Origin: an uncultured Chloroflexia bacterium
GTDB lineage: Bacteria > Chloroflexota > Limnocylindria > Limnocylindrales > CSP1-4
Reading direction: 5' to 3'
Length of the DNA stretch: 64,000 bases
Assembly: GCA_963711105.1 (NCBI GenBank)
Contig: CAVQCV010000005.1
Span: forward strand, 833,092-897,091
The notes beneath the pieces are model-generated. The model did not search any database. It was not told the origin of the DNA and saw nothing but the letters and a program-made list of their open reading frames with translations. Position numbers and translations under genes: made by a program. Positions 37,784 through 46,806 of the stretch are shown in pieces (position 1 is the stretch's first letter; each line of letters starts with the position of its first letter).

Positions 37784-40700
37784 TCACTTCGCCAGGCTGG
37801 CAGGGCAGATGTCGCGAAAAGCACAGTATCCGCAGGCGAGGTACTCCGGCGTGGCCTGGAAGTTGAGGGCTCGAATCCCGGCGGCCGCGCGGCGTATGGA
37901 CTCCCTGGCCTTGTCCAGGCGTTTCGCGTCCACTTCCACGCGGCCCACGAGACCGGACTCGAGGAACCACAGCTGGAGAGCGTCGGGGAGCCGCCCCGTT
38001 TCGGCCTGATAAGCCATCGCGTAGATCTGGAGCTGCAGCGAGTCCCGGGCTCGCTCTTTGGCCCGGGCCGGATCGCGCACGTCGCTCGACTTGTAGTCGG
38101 TGATCGTTACCCGCTCCGGGTGGAGGCCGAGCGTGGGCGCCGTCACGTCCGGACCGTTGTCCGCGCCGGCCGCGTCCGGACCTGCCCCGTTCTGGGTCGC
38201 CGCAGCCAGCTCGGCCTCCTCCGGGCTGAGCGGCTCGATGTCGACCCGATCCATCCGGCCTCGGACCCGGTCGCCGTCCAGCAGGAAGCTGAACTCCCGT
38301 TCCACGTATGCCGGGGCCACGACCCCGGGTCGAAGCTGCTCCTCGCGGAAACGGTGCAACGCCGCGCGCCCCGCCGCGAGGCGCGCCTCCTCGTGCTCGC
38401 GTGTCAGAAAGCCCTCGTTGGACCAGGCTCGGTCCAGGGCAGCGTCGATCTCCTCATCGGACATCACGTAACCCTTGGCCTGGCGCCTGTGGAACTCCTG
38501 CACGACCTGGTGCAGGGCCGACCCGTAGACGATGGAATGGTGGGGCGCGATGGGCACTCGAAGGACGTGGACGTACTTGTACTTGAGCGGGCAGGTCAGG
38601 TAGTCGTCGACCTGATAGAAGCTCAGGGTCAACGGGCCCTCGACGGGCGCTCGGCCCGGCGGCACGGCGGCAACGCCGGCCTCGAATGAAGCCAGGCGCT
38701 CCAGGGGCGAGCGGACGGCATCCGCCGTCGGGACCGAGGCCGCCGGGGTCGCCGGCAGATCCAGCGCTTCGAGCACGAATTGGGATACCCGCCGGGAGCG
38801 GCGGCCTCCGTAGTCCGAGGCATGGGCCAGGAAGAGTTCGTCGCGGGCCCGCGTCATGCCCACGTAGAACAGCCGCCGTTCCTCTTCGAGATGCGCGTCG
38901 CCTTCCGGCAGCGTCTCGTTGACCAGCTCGGCGGGCATGCCGAGAGGCTCGCGCCGTGTCCTGGCCGGGAAGCGGCCGTCCACCAACCCGACCATGAACA
39001 CGACGGGAAACTCGAGCCCCTTGGCCTTGTGGACGGTGAGCACGGCGACGGCGTCGGCGTCCGGGTCGATTTCGGCCGTGGCCGGGTCGTCGCCGGCGTC
39101 GATGAGCGTCTGCAGATGCCGGGCGACGAATACCATACGGTCGTCCGGCAACAGGTCCGACTGGGCGCGGACGATATCGAAGAATTGGGCGATGTTCTGC
39201 AGCGCCTCCTCGGCGGCCACGGATTCCGTCGAAGCCAGACGGGACAGCAGGCCGCTCCGGCGCAGGAACTGGTAGAGCACCTCGCCGGAAGGCCGCTCAT
39301 GAGCCATTTCCGAGAAGGTCCGGACGTCCCCCACCAGCCGCTCGAGGGCAATGCGGGTGGCCGCGGAGATCCGGAGCAGGCCGGGCTGCCTGGTGAGCTC
39401 TTCCGCCACCTCCCAGAGCGAGCGGTTTCTACGCCGGGCCGAGTTGACGATCGCGGTCAGATCCTCGCCCCCGAGCCCATACACCTCGGACGCCGCCAGG
39501 GCGTACACGTTCACGCTGGACGAGAGGTCCGCGATCGCGCGCATGAAGGCGAGCAGCAGCCTGATCTCGGGCCGAGCGTACAACCCCGACGTCCCCGAGA
39601 AGCGCCAAGGCACCGAAGCCAGGTTCAAGCTGCGCAGGATGGGGTCGGCGTCGCCGTTGGCCCGCACCAGAACCGCGAAGTCGCGCGGCCGGGCGCCCCC
39701 GGCGATCCGGCCCGCAATCTCCCGGGCCACCCAGTCGGCTTCCTCCGAGCCCGTGGCGAAGACCATGTGCCTGACGGGCCGCTCCCCGCCCCGCCGCTCC
39801 GCCACCAGTCGCTTGTCGATGCCGTTGCGGACCTCCAGGCGGTCCGGGTCGTTGAAGCGGATCAGGCGGTAGCTCGAATCGAGAATCGGGGTCCGAGAAC
39901 GGTAATTGCGCCGCAGCACGATCTGACGGCTGCGAGGGTGGCGGCGCCGGAACTCCAGGATGTTGCTGACTGCGGCGCCGCGAAACTTGTAGATGGACTG
40001 GTCGTCGTCGCCCACGACCATGACGTTGCCGTGGCCCGCCGCCAGCAGCTCGACCAGCTCGGACTGGGCCCGGTTGGTGTCCTGGAATTCATCGACCAGG
40101 ATGTACTTGAACCGTCGCTGCAGTTCGAAGCGCGCCGATGCGGACTCCCGAAGCAGCCGCAAGGCCAGCCCCACCTGGTCGCCGAAATCGAGGAAACCGG
40201 CCGCCCGGAGCAGCTTCTGGTAGCGGGCGTAGGCGTTCGCCAGCTCGCCTTCCCGCCTGGCCCGTTGGGCCACCGCCTGGACCTCTCCGGGCGCCGTGCC
40301 GCCCGGATCCAAACCGGCCTTCGCGACCAGAGCCGCGGCCAGGTCCACGTAGGCCGCCGGACCGACGTCCTCGTCTTTGCAGCGGCTGAAGAGCGTGGCC
40401 AGGGCGTTCAGGAAGCGCGTCGGGTCGCCCAGCGGCCGGTATTCGTCGAGTTCGAACTCGAACAGCCGCTCGCGCAGGAAGATCACGACCTCCGGTCGGG
40501 TCAGGACGCGGGCGTCCGTGGGCAGGCCAAGCTCCAGGGCGAACTCGCGGACGATACGGTCGCCGAAGGCATGGAATGTCGCTACGGTCGCGTCCGAATA
40601 GCCATAAGGGACGAGCTGGTCAACCCGGACCTGCATCTCCTCCGCCGCCTTGTCGGTGAAGGTCAGGCCAAGTATTTCGGCGGGCCGGGCGCGCCGAGTG

Positions 40701-40945
40701 GCGATCAGCCAGGCGATGCGGCGGGTGATTACCTGCGTCTTCCCGGTGCCGGCCCCTGCGACCACGAGCAGAGGGCCTTCGTCGTGACAGACGGCCTTGC
40801 GCTGGTCGGAGTTGAGGCCGCCCAGCAGCGCCTCCAACCCGGCCGGCTGGTCATCGACGCGCTGCTCCTCTTCGCCCGCCCACACGGGGATCTGTTCGAG
40901 CCGACCAGGCTCGTGTTCGCGGCCGCGATGAGTGGGTGTCACCAC
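37784..40945 (-). CDS. UvrD/PcrA-type superfamily-1 DNA helicase fused to a C-terminal PD-(D/E)xK (RecB/Cas4-like) nuclease domain with a Cys cluster
   Basis: Helicase motifs LLVVAGAGTGKTQV, ILVDEFQDTN, VMVVGDDDQSIYKFRGA, NYRS and VLTVHKAKGLEFPVV...VGMTRAR are present. The C-terminal nuclease reads RMDRVD...TITDYKSS...QLQIYA and ends CGYCAFRDICP. Confidence 0.85.
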   Translation of the reverse strand: MVTPTHRGREHEPGRLEQIPVWAGEEEQRVDDQPAGLEALLGGLNSDQRKAVCHDEGPLLVVAGAGTGKTQVITRRIAWLIATRRARPAEILGLTFTDKAAEEMQVRVDQLVPYGYSDATVATFHAFGDRIVREFALELGLPTDARVLTRPEVVIFLRERLFEFELDEYRPLGDPTRFLNALATLFSRCKDEDVGPAAYVDLAAALVAKAGLDPGGTAPGEVQAVAQRARREGELANAYARYQKLLRAAGFLDFGDQVGLALRLLRESASARFELQRRFKYILVDEFQDTNRAQSELVELLAAGHGNVMVVGDDDQSIYKFRGAAVSNILEFRRRHPRSRQIVLRRNYRSRTPILDSSYRLIRFNDPDRLEVRNGIDKRLVAERRGGERPVRHMVFATGSEEADWVAREIAGRIAGGARPRDFAVLVRANGDADPILRSLNLASVPWRFSGTSGLYARPEIRLLLAFMRAIADLSSSVNVYALAASEVYGLGGEDLTAIVNSARRRNRSLWEVAEELTRQPGLLRISAATRIALERLVGDVRTFSEMAHERPSGEVLYQFLRRSGLLSRLASTESVAAEEALQNIAQFFDIVRAQSDLLPDDRMVFVARHLQTLIDAGDDPATAEIDPDADAVAVLTVHKAKGLEFPVVFMVGLVDGRFPARTRREPLGMPAELVNETLPEGDAHLEEERRLFYVGMTRARDELFLAHASDYGGRRSRRVSQFVLEALDLPATPAASVPTADAVRSPLERLASFEAGVAAVPPGRAPVEGPLTLSFYQVDDYLTCPLKYKYVHVLRVPIAPHHSIVYGSALHQVVQEFHRRQAKGYVMSDEEIDAALDRAWSNEGFLTREHEEARLAAGRAALHRFREEQLRPGVVAPAYVEREFSFLLDGDRVRGRMDRVDIEPLSPEEAELAAATQNGAGPDAAGADNGPDVTAPTLGLHPERVTITDYKSSDVRDPARAKERARDSLQLQIYAMAYQAETGRLPDALQLWFLESGLVGRVEVDAKRLDKARESIRRAAAGIRALNFQATPEYLACGYCAFRDICPASLAK

Positions 40946-40998
40946 ACTAGCTTCACCATCGCGGTGACAACTTGGCTGTCACGCGATGGCCGCGGCGA

Positions 40999-41859
40999 TC
41001 AGGACTTCGTCGAAGTTGCCGCGTCGATGGCTCCCGCCGGAGACGCGTCGACTGCTCCCGCTGGAGACGCGTCGGCATCCTGCTCGACGGACTGGGTTCG
41101 CGACGGCCGAGCCGCCTTCGGTGCCGCGGCCGGCTTCGGCCCGGTCGGCGGCTTGGGCGCAACAGGAGGATTGGGCGCCGCGACGACCTTCTGGACCGAC
41201 GCCTCCCTGGGCAGAACGGCCTCCTTCGGCATGAGGACCTCAGGGGCGGCCTCGGCCACCTCCGAGGCTGCGCGAGCCGGCACGTTCTTGGTACGCCCTG
41301 ACGCGCGCGTCCCGACTCGGCGCTCCGCCGTCGGCGCCGCTGTGCCCCCTGCGCCCTGGGAGACGGCGATCTCCACCGCCCGGGCCTCCTCGGAACTCAC
41401 CGTGGATTCGGCTTCCCCGCCGAACACCGCCTTGGCGTACAGACGCGTCCCGGTGCGAGAGTGAAGGCTGGTGATGACGGAGCCATCGTTGTTGGCGTCG
41501 AGCATGGCCAGCGCAAAGCTTTGATTGCCGCCGGTGTCATCGAACGGATTGAACCGAACCAGGCCCAAGCGAGCGAAGTGCAGCCTGGCGCCCGACTCCA
41601 GGATCGCCGTCCGGACCTGAACTTCATCAAGGTCCCGCGCGACGCGAACGACGGTCTCGAGGTGCGCGTCCAGCACCCCCTCCAGGCTCGCCCCGTCGAC
41701 GCCCTGCGTCAGAGCGTCAAGGCGGGCGCTGATGAGCGCGATACGCCGGGACTGGATGAAGAGCATGCCGATGATCAGCAGCAAGACGACGCAGCCGACG
41801 AAGATCGCCAGCCCCACGACGCCCAGATGCGTGGACACGAAGTTGTTGAGTTGCGTCAC
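40999..41859 (-). CDS. DUF4446-family membrane protein (GTG start with a strong upstream GGAGG)
   Basis: The Shine-Dalgarno gaggaggtagga precedes GTG 41859. The N-terminal TM is VVGLAIFVGCVVLLLIIGMLFI. The conserved RFNPFDDTGGNQSFALAMLD...GSVITSLHSR follows. The C-terminal tail is P/A-rich. Confidence 0.65.
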   Translation of the reverse strand: MTQLNNFVSTHLGVVGLAIFVGCVVLLLIIGMLFIQSRRIALISARLDALTQGVDGASLEGVLDAHLETVVRVARDLDEVQVRTAILESGARLHFARLGLVRFNPFDDTGGNQSFALAMLDANNDGSVITSLHSRTGTRLYAKAVFGGEAESTVSSEEARAVEIAVSQGAGGTAAPTAERRVGTRASGRTKNVPARAASEVAEAAPEVLMPKEAVLPREASVQKVVAAPNPPVAPKPPTGPKPAAAPKAARPSRTQSVEQDADASPAGAVDASPAGAIDAATSTKS

Positions 41860-41993
41860 TCCTACCTCCTCGACTCGCGGCGAGTCTAGCAGCGCCGGGA
41901 TGAAGTGGCTCGCCGGGCGGTACCGTTGGGCGCGCGACCGGGATGCTATGCTCCGTGGCGCATCGAAATGAGAATCGGAGGCCCCTCGAAGAC

Positions 41994-42365
41994 ATGGCCA
42001 AGCGCACCCGCGGCACGAACCGACCCGGTCAGCGGCACGCATCCCATCCCCGGCACCAGTCGCGACCCGTCGGCCGCCCGGACACCGGGCTCTCATCCGC
42101 CGAAGAGGCGCGCGCGGCCGAACTCGAGCAGGAAATCGTGGCTCGGGATCGGGCCGCCCAATCGACCGTCGGGGGCCGAGGGCGTGAAGAATCGTCCAGG
42201 TCGAGGCTCCGCTCCGGCAGCCCCCTGGCCGTTCGCGCCGCCGAAGAATACGGCTACGTCAGCCGTGACGTCGGCCGGATCATCCGGATCGGTGGTTCGA
42301 TGATCGCGATCATGGCTCTCTTCTACGTCCTGGTAGACGTGGCTAAGGTCATCAAGATCTCCTGA
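41994..42365 (+). CDS. Small basic protein with C-terminal TM helix (tail-anchored), hypothetical
   Basis: The N-terminus MAKRTRGTNRPGQRH is basic, the middle is charged, and the C-terminus RIIRIGGSMIAIMALFYVLVDVAKVI is hydrophobic. It is divergent from the DUF4446 gene and upstream of rarA. Confidence 0.4.
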   Translation: MAKRTRGTNRPGQRHASHPRHQSRPVGRPDTGLSSAEEARAAELEQEIVARDRAAQSTVGGRGREESSRSRLRSGSPLAVRAAEEYGYVSRDVGRIIRIGGSMIAIMALFYVLVDVAKVIKIS

Positions 42366-42453
42366 CGGCTTCGAGCCCCCGGCCCGGTCGCGCCGAGGGG
42401 TCAACGCCCGATCCGGGCCAGCCACGGGCGCTGCGGGCGAGTAGCATCCGGCC

Positions 42454-43959
42454 ATGCCAACTCGCCGCTCCGGCCGCGCCGATTCGTCCGATCAGCAACC
42501 AGTTTTCACTCCGCCCCCTGAAGCCCAGCCGCTGGCTGCCCGCATGCGCCCGCGGACGATCGACGAAGTGGTCGGTCACGAGGCGCTCATCGGGGAACGC
42601 GGCGCACTGCGGCGCGCGGTGGAGAAGGGCCGTCTCGGGTCGATATTGCTGTGGGGACCCCCGGGGAGTGGCAAGACGAGCCTCGCCCGAGTCCTGGCCG
42701 ACTCGGTCGGTGCGCACCTGGTGTCGCTGTCGGCGGTCATGAGCGGCGTGGCCGAGGTTCGCACGGTAGTCGCCGAGTCTCGGGATCGCCTCGCCTTTCG
42801 CGGCGTCCAGACCGTGCTGTTCATCGACGAGATCCACCGCTTCAACAAAGCCCAGCAAGACGCCCTGCTGCCTCACGTCGAGGACGGGACGGTCACTCTG
42901 TTGGGCGCGACGACGGAGAACCCCTATTTCGAGGTCAACTCCGCCCTCCTATCGCGCCTGCGCGTATTCCGCCTGGAACCGCTGACCGACGAACAGATCT
43001 CCACCGTCGTCCGGCGCGCGCTCGAGGACAAGGAGCGCGGTCTGGCCGGCGCCATGGGACCCGAGGGCGGCATCGACCTGGCCCAGGGGGCCTTCGATCA
43101 CCTGGTCAGCATCTCCGCCGGCGACGCCAGGCAGGCCCTCAACGTGCTCGAAAGCGCCTTGTCGATAGCCGAGGCGGACGGAATCCGCGACGCCGACGGC
43201 CGCGTCGCGCCGAGATTGGCCGACATCGAGGCCGCGGCCCAGCAGCGCGTACTTGCCTACGACCGTGCCGGCGACGGCCACTTCGACACGGTAAGTGCCT
43301 ACATCAAGAGCATCCGCGGCAACGACCCGGATGCAGCTCTCTACTGGCTCGCGGCCATGATCGCTGCCGGCGAAGACCCGCGTTTCATTGCCCGCCGGCT
43401 GATCATCTCGGCCTCGGAGGATGTGGGCCTGGCCGACCCCCGGGCGCTCGAGGTTGCGGTCGCGGCCGCCCAGGCGCTCGATTGGGTCGGCCTGCCGGAG
43501 GCCCAGTACGCCCTGGCCGAGGCGACCGCCTACCTTGCCGCGACCCGCAAGAGCAATGCCGCAGGCCGGGCCTATTTCGCCGCCATGGACGACGTGCTGG
43601 CCCACGGATCCCTGCCCGTCCCGGCCCATCTGCGGTCGAGCGGGCCGGGCCGCCGAGCGTACCGCTATCCGCACGACTTCGACGGCGCCGACGTGGCCCA
43701 GCAGTATCTGCCCGAGGCCCTGACCGGGAAACGCTATTTCTTCCCCGGAATCGAGGGCACCGAGGCCCGCATACGCGAGCGCCTGGACGGCCTGCTCGAA
43801 GCCCGTCGCTCTCCGCCGGCTCGCAAGCGCAAGCAGCCGGGCGAGCCGGCCGGAAATCCCATGACGGCCGCAGGCGGGGCGATGAAGGTCCGGCGCGAGA
43901 GCATGAAGCAACTCGCCCAGAGCCAGCGCCGCGACGCCGGCGAATCCGCCGGCGATTGA
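42454..43959 (+). CDS. rarA: Replication-associated recombination protein A (RarA/MgsA, WRNIP1-like AAA+ ATPase)
   Basis: The Walker A is LLWGPPGSGKTSLARVLA. Walker B is VLFIDEIHRFNK. GATTENPYFEVNSALLSRLRVFRL matches the RarA lid. A C-terminal MgsA helical domain is present. Confidence 0.9.
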   Translation: MPTRRSGRADSSDQQPVFTPPPEAQPLAARMRPRTIDEVVGHEALIGERGALRRAVEKGRLGSILLWGPPGSGKTSLARVLADSVGAHLVSLSAVMSGVAEVRTVVAESRDRLAFRGVQTVLFIDEIHRFNKAQQDALLPHVEDGTVTLLGATTENPYFEVNSALLSRLRVFRLEPLTDEQISTVVRRALEDKERGLAGAMGPEGGIDLAQGAFDHLVSISAGDARQALNVLESALSIAEADGIRDADGRVAPRLADIEAAAQQRVLAYDRAGDGHFDTVSAYIKSIRGNDPDAALYWLAAMIAAGEDPRFIARRLIISASEDVGLADPRALEVAVAAAQALDWVGLPEAQYALAEATAYLAATRKSNAAGRAYFAAMDDVLAHGSLPVPAHLRSSGPGRRAYRYPHDFDGADVAQQYLPEALTGKRYFFPGIEGTEARIRERLDGLLEARRSPPARKRKQPGEPAGNPMTAAGGAMKVRRESMKQLAQSQRRDAGESAGD

Positions 43960-44291
43960 TCCAGAGCGCGCTCCGCGCAGGACGGCCTCCCCCGCCCCGC
44001 CGTCCGGCCTCCCCCGCCCGGCCGGTCCGGGCTCCCTCAAATGAGTGATTGAAGTTGCGGCGCGTTGGAGCAGAGTGCGTGAGCACAGCTTGTGTGGTCG
44101 GGCGCTCCCAGCCTGTGGCAACGAGGGCCCTGCGGATCCCGGGTGTTATCCCGGAACCAGGACCCAGGCACCCAGGGTGCAAGGAAACTGAAACGGCCTG
44201 ACTGGCGCCGCCGGTACGGATTTCTCGCCGCCCGACCGAATACTTCACAGCGTCCGGTCCTTGCTCGGAAGTCCATCAAGCGGGGAGCGCC

Positions 44292-44702
44292 ATGTCTCGT
44301 GCGCATGCAGTCGCGCCGGCGATCGGCGTAGAGGCACCGTACCGAGGGTCCGCCCACAGAGTTGCGGCCGCCGCCCCGAGATGTTCCGGCCGCCGTGAGC
44401 GGCAGGACACGTCGTACGTTGAGCGGGCCCTTCTCTTGTGGCCACGCCTGGACAGAGCTCGCATCAGCAGATACGCGGACAATCCGACCCGTATCGCCGA
44501 GTTGGTGTCAAGGCGCACGTCCCAGCCTTACGACGTAATCCTGGCCATGCTCACCCGCCAGACCGACAGGCTCGTCGCGTCTCCGGCCCCGTCGGCCGGC
44601 TTCGATACCGGCCACCGCGACCCTCGACGTCGGGTCGGCCTGCGTATCGTCCACAGCGACTCGGGCGCGAACGTGGAGTTCCAGGACCTGCTTCCGGCCT
44701 GA
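44292..44702 (+). CDS. Hypothetical ORF (136 aa) in an otherwise non-coding 0.9-kb stretch; coding status uncertain
   Basis: No recognisable motif. The composition is moderately protein-like (YVERALLLWPRLDRARISRYADNPTRIAELVSRRTSQPYDVILAMLTRQTD). No RBS is obvious. Confidence 0.25.
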   Translation: MSRAHAVAPAIGVEAPYRGSAHRVAAAAPRCSGRRERQDTSYVERALLLWPRLDRARISRYADNPTRIAELVSRRTSQPYDVILAMLTRQTDRLVASPAPSAGFDTGHRDPRRRVGLRIVHSDSGANVEFQDLLPA

Positions 44703-44875
44703 CGGACCGTTTCACGACTCCGTCCGCGCCGGACAGCAACGAACCGGACCGCCGGAACCTGCAACGGGACTGTCTTGTGGGTGGAGCCGTGTGGTTCGCC
44801 GGCGATCCGGTTCTGCATTGGAGGCGTCGGACGGACGCCGCGGGTCTGGAGAGCCCGGCCGCCGATCGCGGTGCC

Positions 44876-45289
44876 TCATGGCTCCAGGTCGAGCGCTCTC
44901 ACGTGGCGAGGCCGGAAGATCGCTATGGGGCGGCGATCGAAGGCGGCGATCCGGGTGATGCCGAGCCGCTCGGCCGTCGCCACGAGGACCGCGTCGGCCA
45001 GGCGCGGCCGGTACTCCGAAGCCTCACGCAGTAGCTCGGAGGCGCGGACCAGATCCGCCTGAGTAGGCGCGACGACCCGCACTGCTCCGCTGCCGATCGA
45101 CTCGAGTAGAGCCAGCGTGGCCTTCAGCCCCAGCTCGCGCTGTAGCAGCAGATCGACCTCGCCCAGCGTCAAAGCGCCGATCATCAGCGGTTCGTCGACG
45201 CGGCCGAACCAGGCCAGGGCGGCGCGGTGGTTGAGGTCGGACTGGTCCGCGGCCGCCAGGACCGCGCTGCCGTCCAGGAGGATGGCCAT
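44876..45289 (-). CDS. vapC: PIN-domain toxin (VapC family)
   Basis: The PIN acidic residues lie in ILLDGSAVLAAAD...LGEVD...DAVLVATAERLGITRIAAFDR. Confidence 0.75.
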   Translation of the reverse strand: MAILLDGSAVLAAADQSDLNHRAALAWFGRVDEPLMIGALTLGEVDLLLQRELGLKATLALLESIGSGAVRVVAPTQADLVRASELLREASEYRPRLADAVLVATAERLGITRIAAFDRRPIAIFRPRHVRALDLEP

Positions 45290-45292
45290 CGA

Positions 45293-45544
45293 TCAGGACC
45301 CCTCCGTCCTCGGACGCTGGCCGGCTTCGCGCCGGGCAATGATCCGCCCGTCGAGCGACAGCCGCCCGTGGTCGCTCCGGCCCACGGCCAGGAACTGCAG
45401 GTCCGGCAACGTGTCGTGCGCCTCCAGGTACGACTCGATGGCCGCCCCGATGACGGACGTCTTCGTGATCCCGCTGCGCGCGGCGAATCGGTCCAACTTC
45501 TCGAGCAGGTCGGCGTCGATCAGGAGCGTTGTGCGTTTCTGCAT
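45293..45544 (-). CDS. vapB: Ribbon-helix-helix antitoxin (VapB/CopG-like)
   Basis: 83-aa ORF ending 3 nt upstream of the toxin start. The RHH-like N-terminus is RTTLLIDADLLEKLDRFAARSGITKTSVIGAAIESYL. Confidence 0.65.
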   Translation of the reverse strand: MQKRTTLLIDADLLEKLDRFAARSGITKTSVIGAAIESYLEAHDTLPDLQFLAVGRSDHGRLSLDGRIIARREAGQRPRTEGS

Positions 45545-45630
45545 ATGTGGTCCTATATATCACAGTGGCGCCGCGACGACGACGCACGTAGGATGCCGGT
45601 CATTCCCGCGACCTGTATTGAGGAGCACCC

Positions 45631-46797
45631 GTGAACCGCTTCGAGCCGAACCTGCGCATCCCCGGACCCACGTCGCTTCCGGATGCCGTCCGCGAGGCGG
45701 GCGCCCGCCAGATGGTCAACCATCGGGGTCCTGAGTTTGCGATCCTCCAGAACAGCATCATCGCCCGACTCAAGACGTTCTATAAGACCGAGAACGATGT
45801 CCTGATCGTCACCGCCGCCGGCACCGGTGGCCTCGAGTCGGCGATCGTCAGCTTCCTGTCCCCCGGCGACAAGGTCCTGGGCATCACCATCGGCGCGTTC
45901 GGCGACCGCTTCGCCAAGATCGCCACGGCCTACGGCGCGGACGTCACCAAGCTCGCGTTCGACTGGGGCCAGGCCGCCGACCCGGCCAGGGTCACCGAGG
46001 CCCTCAAGGCGGGCGGCCCGTGGAAAGCCGTTCTGATGACGCAGAACGAAACCTCCACGGCCGTCACCAACCCGATCGCCGGGCTGGCCGCCGCCGTCAA
46101 GGCAGCGGCTCCGGACGCGCTCGTCATCGTCGACGCCATCAGCGGTCTGGGCGCGGTTCCGTTCGAGACGGATGACTGGGGCCTGGACGTCGTCGTAAGC
46201 GGATCACAGAAGGCCTGGATGGTCGCTCCGGGGCTGTCTTTCGTGGCCGTCTCACCGCGCGCATGGGAAGCAGCGGCTACCGCCAGGATGCCCAAGTTCT
46301 ACTTCGACCTGGCCGCCCACAAGACGAGCGCCGAAACCGGCCAGACGCCCTGGACTCCCGCCGTGGCGGTGATGTTCCAGCTCGACGTCGCCCTCCAGCT
46401 GATGGAGCAGGAAGGCATCGAGGCCATCTGGAAGCGCCATGAAGCGGTCGGCGCGGCGGTCAGGGCCGGCCTCACTACGCTCGGCTTCAAGCTGTTGGCT
46501 GACCCTGCCTTCGCCTCCAACACCGTTACCGGCGCGTGGATCCCCGAGGATCTGGACTGGAAGACCTTCAACGGCAAGCTGCGCAAGTACGGCCTCGTGG
46601 TGGCCGGGGGTCAGGGCAACCTGAAGGGCAAGATCTTCCGCATCGGGCATCTCGGCCACGTCACGGTCCCGAACATCATCAACGCCATGGCCGTCCTCGA
46701 GCAGACGCTCCTGGAGTTGGGACGGCCGGTCGTCCCGGGTGAGGCTGTGAAGGCCGCCCAGGTTGCCGCCCTCAAGGCCCTCGGCCTGGTCAAGTAG
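45631..46797 (+). CDS. serC: Class V aminotransferase (serine-glyoxylate/phosphoserine aminotransferase type); its position upstream of serA suggests phosphoserine aminotransferase
   Basis: The PLP lysine motif is VVSGSQKAWMVAPGLSF. The N-terminal NHRGPEF and C-terminal FRIGHLG are family-typical. Confidence 0.75.
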   Translation: MNRFEPNLRIPGPTSLPDAVREAGARQMVNHRGPEFAILQNSIIARLKTFYKTENDVLIVTAAGTGGLESAIVSFLSPGDKVLGITIGAFGDRFAKIATAYGADVTKLAFDWGQAADPARVTEALKAGGPWKAVLMTQNETSTAVTNPIAGLAAAVKAAAPDALVIVDAISGLGAVPFETDDWGLDVVVSGSQKAWMVAPGLSFVAVSPRAWEAAATARMPKFYFDLAAHKTSAETGQTPWTPAVAVMFQLDVALQLMEQEGIEAIWKRHEAVGAAVRAGLTTLGFKLLADPAFASNTVTGAWIPEDLDWKTFNGKLRKYGLVVAGGQGNLKGKIFRIGHLGHVTVPNIINAMAVLEQTLLELGRPVVPGEAVKAAQVAALKALGLVK

Positions 46798-46806
46798 GAG
46801 CCCGAC

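Noticed and set aside
38780-41464. 894-aa plus-strand ORF antisense to the UvrD-nuclease and DUF4446 genes
   Set aside because: It spans two convergently annotated real genes, has low-complexity composition and no motifs. Long stop-free antisense frames are expected at ~70% GC.
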